The notes: generated by a model from the letters alone, not told the origin. A stretch of DNA of 64,000 nucleotides from a bacterium (GCA_963692865.2 OY843592.1:288001-352000); one strand, 5' to 3'; positions 1 to 10,545 are shown, counted from the stretch's first letter. A program made the numbers and translations.

Positions 1-8
1 CGGGTAAT

Positions 9-103
9 CGCAGGGACAGGCCCCCGTGCCTGTCCTGATGGAGGCGAATCAAGGAAAGGAACAACCACAGGGGCAGGACAACCCAAAAGGGTTATCCCTA
101 CAG
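9..103. repeat. GTAG-type REP-like palindrome pair
   Basis: gggacaggcccccgtgcctgtcc and ggacaacccaaaagggttatccctac; near-identical pair at ~61683-61757. Confidence 0.7.
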
Positions 104-105
104 CC

Positions 106-729
106 TCACACCCCATTCAGCCACTCCTCCGCCTCCCTCCGGACGGCCGCCTCCTCCGGGCTGTGTTGAAGCACGATGTTCCTGGCGGGCGGGTGGCCGA
201 TTTTCGCGTTTCGCCAGCAATGGTAGCGAATGGCTGCGGGGTATCCTGAAAGATCGATGGAGGCGTAGAACGAGTCGGGGACTTCGTCGGGCTTGTAGGG
301 GTCCATCCTGTCTTTTTCGTAGATGTTGGTCCGTTGCCAGATGCGCCACGCGCCGTCTCTTTTTTCGAGCAGGGCGAGCACGCGGCTCCAGGTCGTGAAG
401 TCGAGTTCCACGCCGTCGATGAGCCTCCTCTGGTAGAGGATCAGGTCGTGCTCGGCGGCGGCGCGCGCGCCGCTCAGGCGAACCCAGGGGTTCGTTACGG
501 TGTGTTTCTGGCTCTCGCCGGGGTGGCGGGCGATTTTCATCTTCTTCGCGGCGTCCACGAACTCATCCCGCGCGCCGCTGAACCAGGAGGTGGTGAGCGT
601 GGCGTCTGCGTGATAACAATCGCGCCACTCCTCCCAGAGGCCGGCGTCGCGCGCGTAGTTCACTACCGAGAGAACGTCTTTTATCTCGCTCTTGTCGGCG
701 CTATCCTGAATTCTTCCCTCCGCTTCCAT
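106..729 (-). CDS. SnoaL-like / NTF2-fold protein
   Basis: YARDAGLWEEWRDCYHADA...KHTVTN...LEKRDGAWRI pattern. Confidence 0.75.
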   Translation of the reverse strand: MEAEGRIQDSADKSEIKDVLSVVNYARDAGLWEEWRDCYHADATLTTSWFSGARDEFVDAAKKMKIARHPGESQKHTVTNPWVRLSGARAAAEHDLILYQRRLIDGVELDFTTWSRVLALLEKRDGAWRIWQRTNIYEKDRMDPYKPDEVPDSFYASIDLSGYPAAIRYHCWRNAKIGHPPARNIVLQHSPEEAAVRREAEEWLNGV

Positions 730-738
730 GGCGCCTCC

Positions 739-1155
739 TCACACGAACTCGTGCACTTCGGCGAACATGCCCTTCACGACGCCCCCGCTCAGGTGGCCGA
801 CCAGGACTTCGCCCGGCTGATAGGGGCCGCCGCTCAGCGCCAGGTGGAGGTGGATGTAGGGCCGGGGTTCTTCCCACGTCTCATCGTCGCGGACGGCGGG
901 CGGCTTCTCGGGCCAGGAGATGTTGCCCACGGCGATGAGTTCGCGCCAGTCGTGGAAATAGCGCCGCGCCGAGGGGCCGATGACCTCCCTGAACCCCGTG
1001 CGGATGTCCGATTCCTTGAGCGCGCCGAACACGATGAGCGAGGCGCTTCGTATGTTCTTCTCCATCACGAAACGCTCGAATTCTTCAAAAAAATCATCGT
1101 CCTCATCAAATTCCAGATGAAAGACGCGCCCCAGTTTTTTCTCTTCCGCTCGCAT
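739..1155 (-). CDS. PPC/DUF296 domain protein
   Basis: ELIAVGNI...PYIHLHLALS...VLVGHL motif; ATG at 1155 after GGAG. Confidence 0.8.
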   Translation of the reverse strand: MRAEEKKLGRVFHLEFDEDDDFFEEFERFVMEKNIRSASLIVFGALKESDIRTGFREVIGPSARRYFHDWRELIAVGNISWPEKPPAVRDDETWEEPRPYIHLHLALSGGPYQPGEVLVGHLSGGVVKGMFAEVHEFV

Positions 1156-1157
1156 CC

Positions 1158-2021
1158 CTATCCCTCCTTCACCTCCGCGTAGAGGTTTTCGAGCCCCCGC
1201 CGGAAAGTCCGCCGCCTGTGCGCGATCCACGATTCGCCCCGCCCCGTATCGGACCAGAAGAATTTCTCGAACGAATCGTCGGTTGAGGCTTCATCCTGCA
1301 TCATGCCCTTATCCACCAATCCCTCCATGATTCCCCACATCTCCTCGAATTCGTTCCTGAAGCGCCGCACCTCCTCTATTCCGCATATCTCCCCGTGGCC
1401 GGGGACGACGTGCGCGGCGGGCAGGCTCTCGATCCGCGCGAGCGCCCCGATCCACTCTCTAAAACGCGCCTCGCGCATGCCGGGGCCCGGCTCGTTGATC
1501 ATCACGTCGCCCGTGAAGATCACGCCTTCCTCGGGCACGTACACCGAACTGCAGGCGGGCGTGTGGCCGCCCAGGCGGTATATCTCGAACGTCAGTGGAT
1601 GGAGGTGGAGCGTCATCCCTTGATCGAAGCACACCTGCGGCAGGGGAAGAACGGCCTCCGCAATCTCTCTCGCCTCATCATGCGCGCCGATGTCGTTCAA
1701 GGTGTTGATGAAGGTATCGCGGCCGGCGAGAGAGCCTTCCTTCGCGGCGAGCGCGTCGTATACGCGCTGGGGCGCGATGGAGATAACTCCTTCATCTTCG
1801 ATGAACGCCGCGCCGATGGCGTGATCGCCGTGATAGTCCGTGGCAATGCGGTAGCGGATGCCCTTTGGGCTGAGCGCCCGCAGTTTTTCCTGCCAGCTTC
1901 TGGAATCCGAAGACCGCACGGGGCAGTCGATGAGCACCACGCCGGCCCCGGTGACGCCCGCGCCCACGTTCGCCCAGAGATATTCCGTCTCCGCCACGAG
2001 ATGATCGCTCAGGCGCCGCAT
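1158..2021 (-). CDS. MBL-fold metallo-hydrolase (cyclase-like)
   Basis: TDYHGDH, GGHT, FTGD and VPGHG motifs. Confidence 0.85.
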   Translation of the reverse strand: MRRLSDHLVAETEYLWANVGAGVTGAGVVLIDCPVRSSDSRSWQEKLRALSPKGIRYRIATDYHGDHAIGAAFIEDEGVISIAPQRVYDALAAKEGSLAGRDTFINTLNDIGAHDEAREIAEAVLPLPQVCFDQGMTLHLHPLTFEIYRLGGHTPACSSVYVPEEGVIFTGDVMINEPGPGMREARFREWIGALARIESLPAAHVVPGHGEICGIEEVRRFRNEFEEMWGIMEGLVDKGMMQDEASTDDSFEKFFWSDTGRGESWIAHRRRTFRRGLENLYAEVKEG

Positions 2022-2111
2022 TTTCTTTTCCGTCCATACGAAAAACGCAGAGGCGGGGGCGCGAAGCACACCCCCGCCAAGGCTATGAGTTTGCTATGAA
2101 CGCCCGGGTCT

Positions 2112-3101
2112 TCAGTTTCTGATCTTCACCCCTGCGTTCTTGTAGATGTCCTTGTTGCTCTCGTATTCCGCCCTCACCTCTTTCAGGAGCTTCTCGCCGA
2201 CGACAGGCTCGGCCTTGACGCCCATTTTCCTGAGCAGGCGCTTGAAGGTCTTGTCCTTCGCCATTTTGAGGAGGGCCTTCGTCAGGATGTCGATTCGGTC
2301 CTTGGGCGTTCCCGCGGGCGCCATGATGATGCGCTTCGAAGACAGCAGGAGGTTCACGCCCTGCTCCCTGAAGGTCGGCACGTCCGGGAAAAGCGGGAAG
2401 CGCTTCGCGGCCGCCACGCCCAGAATTCGGATTTTGCCGGACTTGTAGTTGGAGAGAACGCCGCCCGTCGCCGGGTTGGCGCCCGCCGTCTGCACGTGTC
2501 CGCCCAGCATGGCCTTCATGGCCGGGCCGCCGCCGCGGAAGGGAACGTGGGGCAACGGCGCCTTCGTGTCGTAGGCGATCTTGAGCATCATGGTGTGGCT
2601 CAGGCCATACGTCCCCGTCGAGCCGTGCTTGATCTTGCCTTTGCTCTTTTTCGCCGCGGCGATGTATTCCTTGAAGTTCTTCCACGGCTGGTTCCCCAGC
2701 GTGGCCAGCATGTAGGGAAGTTCGTTGATCTGGAACACGGGGATGAAATCCTTGAACGGGTCGAAGCCCATGTCCTTCACGTGGGGCGACATGTAGAGGT
2801 GGCTGTTCGCGCCCATCGCGAGGGTGTAGCCGTCGGGCTTGGCGCGCTTGAGCGCTCCCATCCCTATCTTTCCGCCGCCGCCCGGCATGAGCTGCACGTA
2901 AGCGGGCTGGCCGATGTACTGGTGCAGCACGCTGGCCACGGCGCGCGAATGGAGGTCGTGCGAGCCGCCCGCGCCCAGGGGCACGATGATCTTGATGGGT
3001 TTCGAGGGATACTTCTCCGCCGCGGCGGGCATGGCGGTGAAAGCGAGGAGCCCGAACGACAAGACTACCGCCAGGGCGATCTTCCAGGATTTGCGCATCA
3101 T
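2112..3101 (-). CDS. tctC: Tripartite tricarboxylate transporter substrate-binding protein (Bug/TctC)
   Basis: Signal peptide, YPSKPIKIIVPLGAGG, KPDGYTL, DVPTFREQG; C-terminal part of ORF 2112..4595. Confidence 0.9.
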   Translation of the reverse strand: MMRKSWKIALAVVLSFGLLAFTAMPAAAEKYPSKPIKIIVPLGAGGSHDLHSRAVASVLHQYIGQPAYVQLMPGGGGKIGMGALKRAKPDGYTLAMGANSHLYMSPHVKDMGFDPFKDFIPVFQINELPYMLATLGNQPWKNFKEYIAAAKKSKGKIKHGSTGTYGLSHTMMLKIAYDTKAPLPHVPFRGGGPAMKAMLGGHVQTAGANPATGGVLSNYKSGKIRILGVAAAKRFPLFPDVPTFREQGVNLLLSSKRIIMAPAGTPKDRIDILTKALLKMAKDKTFKRLLRKMGVKAEPVVGEKLLKEVRAEYESNKDIYKNAGVKIRN

Positions 3102-4636
3102 TTTGGTTCCTCCTTTGAATTGGATGAATCGGCAACCGTTTGCGGCCTTAAGGTCTCGGCCCACGGCCGCTTCCACATGCTCGTCACCAGCATGAGTATG
3201 GTCATACCGATGAAAAACGCCGCGATGGGGCGGGTGATGAAAACCGAATAATCGCCGTCGGAAATGATAAGCGCCTGCTGTAAGGCTTCTTCCGCCCGGG
3301 GCGCCAGGATGAACGCGATGACGAGCGGGGCCATCGGAAATTTGAGTTTTCTCAACCCGTATCCGAACAGGCCCGCGATGAGAGCGAGAATGAGGTCGCC
3401 CAGGTTGCTGTGATATACGTACGCCCCCACCAGACAGGAGACGATGATGCCCGGCACAAGCAGCGACTGCCGGATGTTGACTATCCTGGCGAACATGCCC
3501 GTCAGGAGCCAGCCCTGGATCAGCATGATGGGGTTCCCGATCAGCAGCAGGGTGAAGATGGCGTACATGACGGGGGCGTGTTCCTGGAAAAGGCTCGGCC
3601 CCGGCCGCAGCCCCTGCGCGATGAACGCGCCCATGAGAATCGCCGCGCTCGGATCCCCCGGAATGCCGAACGTGAGGGTGGGGATGAGGTCCGCGCCCGC
3701 GACCGCGCTGTTGGCGGCTTCGGAGGCCGCGACGCCCTCGTAGCTGCCTTTTCCGTATTCTTCGGGTTTCTTGGAAGCCCGTTTCGCCGCCGCGTAGCTC
3801 ACGAAGGTGGCGATGGCCGCTCCCGTGCCCGGAATCGCGCCCACGAAGGTGCCTATCATGGACGAGCGCACGATGGTGCGCGCCGAATGCCATACCTCGA
3901 TGATCTTGAGTGTCCTGCCGCCTCGCAGATGCAGGGTATCGGGCGGGCTCGAGAGGACGGAGGCCTTTTTTTCCGCCTGTATTAACACCTCGCTCACGGC
4001 GAAAAGCCCGATGAGCAGGGGAACCACCCCAATTCCTTCGGCCAGTCCGTGAAGACCGAACGTGAAGCGCTCTCCGCCCGAGACGATGTCCGTGCCCACC
4101 ATGCCGAGTTGGAGTCCGATGATGGCCGACAGCACGCCCTTCACCAGGGAGGCGCCCGTCACGCTGGAGATGATGGCCAGCCCCATGAGCAGGAGCCCGA
4201 AGAACTCGGCCGGCCCGAACATGAGCGCCACGGCGGCCAGCGGAAGCGCTGCGAGAATCAGCACGAGATCGCTGAAGGTATCGCCTATGGTGGAGGAGTA
4301 GAGCGCCATCTGGATCGCGCTCCTCGCCTCTCCTTTTTGCGCGAGCGGAAACCCGTCCATACACGTCGCCGCCGCGGGCGCGGTTCCCGGCGTATTCACC
4401 AGAATCGCGGGGATGGAGCCTCCGAAGAGCGTCCCCTTGTGAATCCCCAGCAGGAAGGGAATCCCCAGCACGGGAGGCATGAAAAAAGAGAAGGGAACCA
4501 GAATCGCCGTCGCCATCACGCTGGTGAGCCCCGGAATCGCGCCCACCGTGATCCCCACGAAGACGCCAAGCGCAATCATGGCGATACCCTGCCACGTGAG
4601 CGCCATCATGACTCCCTGGAGTATCTGTTCGAACAT
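3098..4636 (-). CDS. tctA: Tripartite tricarboxylate transporter large permease
   Basis: GGSIPAILVNTPGT, EAANSA, TLTFGIPG motifs. Confidence 0.92.
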   Translation of the reverse strand: MFEQILQGVMMALTWQGIAMIALGVFVGITVGAIPGLTSVMATAILVPFSFFMPPVLGIPFLLGIHKGTLFGGSIPAILVNTPGTAPAAATCMDGFPLAQKGEARSAIQMALYSSTIGDTFSDLVLILAALPLAAVALMFGPAEFFGLLLMGLAIISSVTGASLVKGVLSAIIGLQLGMVGTDIVSGGERFTFGLHGLAEGIGVVPLLIGLFAVSEVLIQAEKKASVLSSPPDTLHLRGGRTLKIIEVWHSARTIVRSSMIGTFVGAIPGTGAAIATFVSYAAAKRASKKPEEYGKGSYEGVAASEAANSAVAGADLIPTLTFGIPGDPSAAILMGAFIAQGLRPGPSLFQEHAPVMYAIFTLLLIGNPIMLIQGWLLTGMFARIVNIRQSLLVPGIIVSCLVGAYVYHSNLGDLILALIAGLFGYGLRKLKFPMAPLVIAFILAPRAEEALQQALIISDGDYSVFITRPIAAFFIGMTILMLVTSMWKRPWAETLRPQTVADSSNSKEEPK

Positions 4637-4643
4637 ACGCGCT

Positions 4644-5120
4644 CTAACTGAAAAAGCTGCCCTCGGGCAGCGCCAGCTTGAAGGCGAACCAGAAGAAATA
4701 GTTCACCACGATGGGAAACAGGATCGACATCGCCGCGACGTAACGCCAGTCACGCGTGCCCATGGACGCCACAAGGATTGCGAGAAAAACGGGCGTACTC
4801 ACCAGAAAGCCGAAATACGCCAAAGACTCGACGTAGACGTAGCTGAGGACGAAAACGCCGCAGACTTGGCATAGCGCTCTTTTGCTCGTAATCGTTTGCC
4901 CGCCCGCTTCACTCCGCCTGAGAGCCCCGAAGAGGAACATCGCGCTCACCAACGCGAATGCGATGACGGCGGAAGTAGGGAAGAAAGTGGGCAGAAAGAC
5001 GGCGTTTGTTACTTCCTCGGGCGGAATGGCGTATTGAATCTGAGTGGGAATGATGTAGAAAAAGCCGATGACGCTATAGACGATAAAAATGACGGCTGTG
5101 CAAATATCGGCTTTCCGCAC
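4644..5120 (-). CDS. tctB: Tripartite tricarboxylate transporter small permease
   Basis: 4-TM protein ending FKLALPEG, upstream of tctA. Confidence 0.85.
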   Translation of the reverse strand: MRKADICTAVIFIVYSVIGFFYIIPTQIQYAIPPEEVTNAVFLPTFFPTSAVIAFALVSAMFLFGALRRSEAGGQTITSKRALCQVCGVFVLSYVYVESLAYFGFLVSTPVFLAILVASMGTRDWRYVAAMSILFPIVVNYFFWFAFKLALPEGSFFS

Positions 5121-5370
5121 GTCCGGCCCTCTTCACGGATGTGGAATCCACGCCTCCCTCATACATACTCCCGCCGAGGACAGGCCTTGATTCCGGGACG
5201 CTAAAACCGCCTCGCATCTTTTCTGCGTGTATAAAGCAGGCTAACAAGAATCGCCGCGCGTGTCATCCTGGAACCACATCCGAGGACGGCGTGAAAGATC
5301 GCGTTCATTGTGGGAAGATGAACCATTCATCAGAAAAATCCGGAACTCGCGTTCGATGAGGAGTCATCCC

Positions 5371-6024
5371 GTGTCCAGAGTCCCTTTGCTCCAAAGAGAA
5401 AGCGCGGAGGGAGAGGTCGCGCGCACTTTCGACATCCTGAACAACTTCCAGCGCAGGCAGGTCAACTCCACCCGCGCGACGGCGCACTCCCCGTTTCTGG
5501 CCCGCATCTTCTATCCCCTCGTCCAGACGCTGATGCGCGAGGGGCTCGGCACCGTGCTGTCCTCGAAGATCAAAGAGATCGCCGTCATCAAGACCAGCCA
5601 GTTGAACGGATGCGACTACTGACTCGCCCACAACACAGCCCTCGGCCGTGTGCTGGGAATCACCGAAGATCACGCCGCCGCCATCGGGTCGGATGAGTAC
5701 ATGGATTCGCCGCTCCTCACGCCCAGAGAGAAGGCGACCGTCCTCTGGGCCGAACACGTGACGCGCAACACCGCCAAGGTCCGGGACGACGTGGCGGAGG
5801 AAGTGCAGAGACACTTCTCGGATGCGGAGTTCGTGGAGCTCACCTTCGTCATCAGCTACTTCAACATGCGAAACCGCTACCACGATTCTCTCAAGCTGCC
5901 GAACGACGAGATAGACATCATCGAGGACGTCGGCCGCCTCCGGCCCGATCCGGCGAAGCTAAAGGCGTTCCTGCAAGAGGTGCTGGACAACTGGCCGGAC
6001 GCCTTCCCCGAACCCAACGATTGA
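5371..6024 (+). CDS. AhpD/carboxymuconolactone decarboxylase-family selenoprotein (C-D-Y-U, UGA at 5620-5622)
   Basis: ORFs 5260..5622 and 5650..6024 share a frame; read-through gives KEIAVIKTSQLNGCDY-U-LAHN, the AhpD CxxC position; GTG start after GAGGAG; hairpin 5627-5657. Confidence 0.8.
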
Positions 6025-6102
6025 GGTCATCCGCGCGGAAAGACAAGCGGAAAGATAAAACGACGAACATCCATGAACCACGCCAAAGAGGAGAAGCGAT
6101 AA

Positions 6103-6828
6103 ATGGACCGAGGAATCTGGGCGGTATGGTACGACCTTCCCGAAGAGGGATCGGATGAATACGTCTCCTGGCTTCATGAGGTCCACATCCCCGAAGCGCT
6201 CGCGCGTCCGGGCTACCTCTGGGCGGCGCACGTCAAGAACATCGTCACGACCGAGCGCGAGGAGCGAATCCGGGGAGTCGTCCACCACACGGGCGATGCC
6301 AGCGTTCCCACGGGGGTGCAGTACCTGATGCTCTACGGCGCCCTTTCGCCGAACGCTTTTCTGGACCCGAGTCCCGAACAGATGGCGGAGAAGATGACGG
6401 CGGAGACACTCGCAATGCTCGGCAGGCGTATGAACGCGCGATCCTGCATCTTCATGGAGCACAACCGGATCGACGGCCCGGAATTCAAGACCCGCGCGCC
6501 GGGCATCACCCCCGGCCCCGGCATCCAGTTCGGGACCTTCAACATCAACGCCGTCGAGAACGAGGACGAACTCGGCTGCTGGTATTCCCAGGTGCGGATG
6601 CCGCGCCTCACGGGCATGGAAGGCTGCGTCGGCGCGCGGAACCTCGTCTCCGTCTCGGGCTGGGCGAAGCACGGGATACTCTATGAGTGGGTATCCCTGG
6701 AATCGCTCCAGAAGAATTTCACGACGGAGAAGATACCGCGTTCGCGCCGCGCTGTGGACACCCTCGTCCACGCGCCCAGCTCCCCCAGCCTCGGCGAGCG
6801 CATCTGGCCGCCGGCGGCGGGTGGGTGA
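6103..6828 (+). CDS. Hypothetical protein with two EthD/DABB-like repeats
   Basis: WLHEVHIPEALARPGY and WYSQVRMPRLTGMEGC repeats. Confidence 0.6.
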   Translation: MDRGIWAVWYDLPEEGSDEYVSWLHEVHIPEALARPGYLWAAHVKNIVTTEREERIRGVVHHTGDASVPTGVQYLMLYGALSPNAFLDPSPEQMAEKMTAETLAMLGRRMNARSCIFMEHNRIDGPEFKTRAPGITPGPGIQFGTFNINAVENEDELGCWYSQVRMPRLTGMEGCVGARNLVSVSGWAKHGILYEWVSLESLQKNFTTEKIPRSRRAVDTLVHAPSSPSLGERIWPPAAGG

Positions 6829-6975
6829 AAATGAATTTCGAATTCAATAATGGTTGGTCTACGAATTTCCCGGCGTTGAATGAATTGCAGAGATGCCGAA
6901 TGCTTGGGAACTGATACATAATATGCTTTGGAATGGATCGACAAATGATTGTAACGTGTCAGCTGAGATGCCGAA

Positions 6976-7614
6976 ATGACGGTTCCCGAAAATCCGAAGA
7001 TTTACCACATCGTTCATGTAGACCGCCTACCATCCATTCTCTCCGAGGAATACCTGTGGTGTGACGCCGAAGTCATAAACCGAACGATCACAGGCACTAC
7101 TATCGGCATGAACAACATCAAGCATCGGCGGTTGGAAACGCCGCTACAATCTCATCCGAATCTCCATGTCGGTGGCTGCGTACCATTTTATTTCTGCCCG
7201 AGGTCCGTGATGCTCTACGTGATATACAAGGCGAATCACCAAGAATTAGCCTATCGCAGCGGACAATCATATATCATTCACTTGGAAGCGGATTTACACG
7301 AAACCGTTCGTTGGGCCGAAGATGTACAGCGGCGCTGGGCCTTCACACTGTCGAATGCAGGTTCGAGTTATTTTGAAGATCGTAGCGACCTTGCGCGACT
7401 GGACGAGATCGACTGGAACGCGATACGAGCGACAAACTGGCAACATTGCAAGGAGAAAAAACAAGCGGAGTTCCTGATTGAACGAACATTCCCATGGGAG
7501 CTTGTAGAACGGATTGGCGTACAGAATCCACAAGTTTTCAGGCAAGTGAAAATCGAACTTGAGAAAACCACACACCAGCCCGTTGTTGAAATCAAGCCGG
7601 GTTGGTATTATTGA
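6976..7614 (+). CDS. darT: DarT ssDNA ADP-ribosyltransferase toxin (DUF4433)
   Basis: IYHIVHVDRL, VPFYFCPRSVMLY, KQAEFL catalytic Glu; lower GC. Confidence 0.92.
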   Translation: MTVPENPKIYHIVHVDRLPSILSEEYLWCDAEVINRTITGTTIGMNNIKHRRLETPLQSHPNLHVGGCVPFYFCPRSVMLYVIYKANHQELAYRSGQSYIIHLEADLHETVRWAEDVQRRWAFTLSNAGSSYFEDRSDLARLDEIDWNAIRATNWQHCKEKKQAEFLIERTFPWELVERIGVQNPQVFRQVKIELEKTTHQPVVEIKPGWYY

Positions 7615-7626
7615 TTTAACCGGGAG

Positions 7627-8706
7627 ATGGCAATGATCGAACACAAGACAGGCAACATTCTTGTGGAAGATGTGGAAGCATTGGTCAATACCGTCAACTG
7701 CGTGGGTGTGATGGGGCGTGGCATCGCCCTTCAATTCAAAAAAACATTCCCGGAAAATTTCAAGGCATATGCGGATGCCTGTAAGCGAAACGAAGTCCAG
7801 CCCGGCAGAATGTTCGTCTTCGAAACAGGCAGACTCACCAACCCACATTACATAATCAATTTTCCGACCAAGCGGCATTGGCGCGGCAAAAGTCGCATAG
7901 AAGACATTGATGACGGCTTGAAGGCCCTGGCGGAGGAAATCCGATCTCGTGATATTCGCTCGATTGCACTGCCGCCTCTGGGTAGTGGACTGGGCGGATT
8001 GAATTGGCGCGAGGTACGGCCTCGAATAGAAGCGATGCTCCAGGAATTCAGCCACTTAAAAGCCGTCGTGTTCGAACCGGGCGGCGGCCCTGCTGATGAT
8101 AAACGGGCTAACCGTTCGACAGAAGTTCCTAAAATGACACAAGGGCGGGCAGTACTGGTCAATCTGATGCGCCGCTATTTGGACGGATTACTCGATCCGT
8201 TTGTGACACTGCTGGAAGTTCATAAACTCATGTATTTTATGCAAGAAGCCGGAGAGCCATTGAAGCTGCACTTTCAGCAAGCGCATTATGGGCCATATGC
8301 AGAGAATCTGCGGCACGTACTGCGGGAAATAGAAGGTCACCTCGTGTCAGGATATGAAGACGGGGGAGATGCTCCCGATAAACAACTGGAACTCGTACCG
8401 GGAGCTGTCGAAGATGCGTGTGCCTTCCTAAAAAATCATCCTCAGACCCAGTCGCGCTTCGACAAAGTGTCCGAACTCGTCGAGGGTTTCGAGTCGTCCT
8501 TCGGCCTCGAACTTTTGACAACGGCGCATTGGGTCGTCGACAAGGATCATGCCCGAACACTTAATGAGGTAATACAGAAGATCCACTCCTGGAGCGACCG
8601 GAAAAAGCAATTTTCCAGGCGTCAGGTTCAGATTGCATGCGAAGCGCTATCGGAGCAGGGCTGGATCGAAATGCCGGAAATTGCAGATTCCTTATCACCA
8701 ACCTAA
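7627..8706 (+). CDS. darG: DarG macrodomain antitoxin
   Basis: NTVNCVGVMGRGIALQFK, NFPTKRHW, LGSGLGGL, KLMYFMQ...YGPY. Confidence 0.92.
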   Translation: MAMIEHKTGNILVEDVEALVNTVNCVGVMGRGIALQFKKTFPENFKAYADACKRNEVQPGRMFVFETGRLTNPHYIINFPTKRHWRGKSRIEDIDDGLKALAEEIRSRDIRSIALPPLGSGLGGLNWREVRPRIEAMLQEFSHLKAVVFEPGGGPADDKRANRSTEVPKMTQGRAVLVNLMRRYLDGLLDPFVTLLEVHKLMYFMQEAGEPLKLHFQQAHYGPYAENLRHVLREIEGHLVSGYEDGGDAPDKQLELVPGAVEDACAFLKNHPQTQSRFDKVSELVEGFESSFGLELLTTAHWVVDKDHARTLNEVIQKIHSWSDRKKQFSRRQVQIACEALSEQGWIEMPEIADSLSPT

Positions 8707-8818
8707 ACAGCGAGAGAAACACAAGAACCCGGATCAACGACAAGTTATTACAAAGAGTATTTCTCCGCTTCTTTTGCCCCTCCCGACACCGCGCCTGGCG
8801 ACGAACCGCTCCCCGCAA

Positions 8819-10204
8819 TCAATACGTGAGCTTCGAGAACCCCTCGAACAGGTGCGCGAGGAACTTCTCGGACTGGAGAACCCCCGAGACCTGCGCGTAT
8901 TCGTTCGCCGCGTGCTTTCGCATGGCGTTGCACGGAAGCCCGCCTATCCAGGGCACGCCCAGCTCCTCCGTCCATAGGGCCACGGGCATCCCCGCCGGGT
9001 GCACGGGCCAGACTTCGGGGTCCGCGCCCATGTCCGCATGGGCCTGGAGGAAGCACTCGATTAGCGGATGCTCCAGCGGCGTTCCGCCTCCCGCGTAGTG
9101 GTTGTTCACGACGAACTCGACGTCGCCGTAGCCGCCCTCGGCCAGTATGTTGCGCACGTTCCCGATGCGCTCGTCGGGGTCTTCGCCCGGCTGGAAGCGC
9201 ATGTTCACCACGGCCTGGGCTTGCGCGGGAATGCTGACCTTGACGGATTTCCCCTCGCCCACGAAGCCCGCGTGAAGACCCGTCAAGGTGAATTCCGCCT
9301 TGAACAGGTGCGAGCGGACGGCGGCGTGGAAATCATCCTGCCGGAAGCGCTCGACCCCCAGGCTCCGCTTCATCCTTTCGGGGTCCATCCGCTCTGCGAG
9401 CTTGCGGCAAAGCTCTTCCTCGGCCTCGCTCGGCGTCCAGCCCTCGCCATTCTGATAAATCTCCTCGAGCCTCGCCTGAAGGTAGGCGATCGCCTCCACG
9501 ATGCGCTCCGCCGGATTGCCTATCCAGTTGCAGTTGAGCGCGTGAATCTCGTTGCCCACCGGCCCGCCCCACTCCCCGGGACGGCAGAAGAGCCTGCCCA
9601 TCAGGTTGCCCTTGAGACCCAGCGGGACGATGGGCGTGCCGTCGGTCTGCCCCATCGGGCAGAGCCAGTAGGCCGCGTTCGCCTTTTGCATCTTCTCCTT
9701 GTAGCGCGGGAAGAAATCCTTGATGCCGCCGCTTCCGAGTTCGGACGCCTCGTGGACGAACATGAGGTTGAGCGGGAGCTTCTCCCCCGCGGCGCGCGCC
9801 GCGTAGACGGCGTTCATCACGCAGGCGATGCCGGTCTTCATGTCCTCCGCTCCCCGACCCACGATGCAGGGCCCCAGGCCTTCGAGTTCCTGGATCCGGG
9901 GATCGAAGGGAGGATTGATCCAGCCCGGTTCTTCGGCCGGCGTCACGTCGTAGAGGCCGTGGCAGAGGAGCGTTCGCTCGGCGCCTTCGTCGATAAGGCC
10001 GTAGACGACGGGAAACTCCGCCGTTTCCACCATCTCCGCCTCGCCGCCGACCTCGATGATTTCATCGGCCAGCATCCGCGCCATCTCGTCGTTGCCGAGG
10101 TTGAGCGCCGAGACGCTCGGCTGGCGTATGTATTTCAAAAGGCGTTCGATGTGGGTGGATTCGAAATCCGCTTCGATTTGCGCGATGACCCGTTCGACGT
10201 CCAT
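8819..10204 (-). CDS. M20 family peptidase/deacylase
   Basis: GRGAEDMK, HAANE; variant metal ligands (HGLYDV, EASE). Confidence 0.85.
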   Translation of the reverse strand: MDVERVIAQIEADFESTHIERLLKYIRQPSVSALNLGNDEMARMLADEIIEVGGEAEMVETAEFPVVYGLIDEGAERTLLCHGLYDVTPAEEPGWINPPFDPRIQELEGLGPCIVGRGAEDMKTGIACVMNAVYAARAAGEKLPLNLMFVHEASELGSGGIKDFFPRYKEKMQKANAAYWLCPMGQTDGTPIVPLGLKGNLMGRLFCRPGEWGGPVGNEIHALNCNWIGNPAERIVEAIAYLQARLEEIYQNGEGWTPSEAEEELCRKLAERMDPERMKRSLGVERFRQDDFHAAVRSHLFKAEFTLTGLHAGFVGEGKSVKVSIPAQAQAVVNMRFQPGEDPDERIGNVRNILAEGGYGDVEFVVNNHYAGGGTPLEHPLIECFLQAHADMGADPEVWPVHPAGMPVALWTEELGVPWIGGLPCNAMRKHAANEYAQVSGVLQSEKFLAHLFEGFSKLTY

Positions 10205-10231
10205 CGGAAAACCTCCTCATCCCCCGCGGGG

Positions 10232-10543
10232 TCAGGGAATCATGACACCGAGCAGCGGCCCGTGCTGCTGCGCTCCGTACACGTCTCGGTCGCCCGGCGC
10301 GCCCGAGGTCGGTCCCTTCCTCGGCATGGTGATCTTGATGGCGTTGGCCGCGTCGAAATGCACGATCTTCACCTCCTCGGGCGCCATCTCGTAGAGTTCT
10401 GAAACCACGCCCGGCGTGAGCGCCTCGCTGTCGGCCACGCGCCGGTAGGTCTCCTCGTCGGCGAACAGCAGATCGAGCGTGATGTGCAGCGGGCCCGCGT
10501 TCTTGCTCCGGAACACCTCGGCGAGGTCGTAGAGCCGCTCCAC
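10232..10543 (-). CDS. DUF4387 domain protein
   Basis: RSKNAGP...DRDVYGAQQHGPL. Confidence 0.85.
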   Translation of the reverse strand: MERLYDLAEVFRSKNAGPLHITLDLLFADEETYRRVADSEALTPGVVSELYEMAPEEVKIVHFDAANAIKITMPRKGPTSGAPGDRDVYGAQQHGPLLGVMIP

Positions 10544-10545
10544 CC

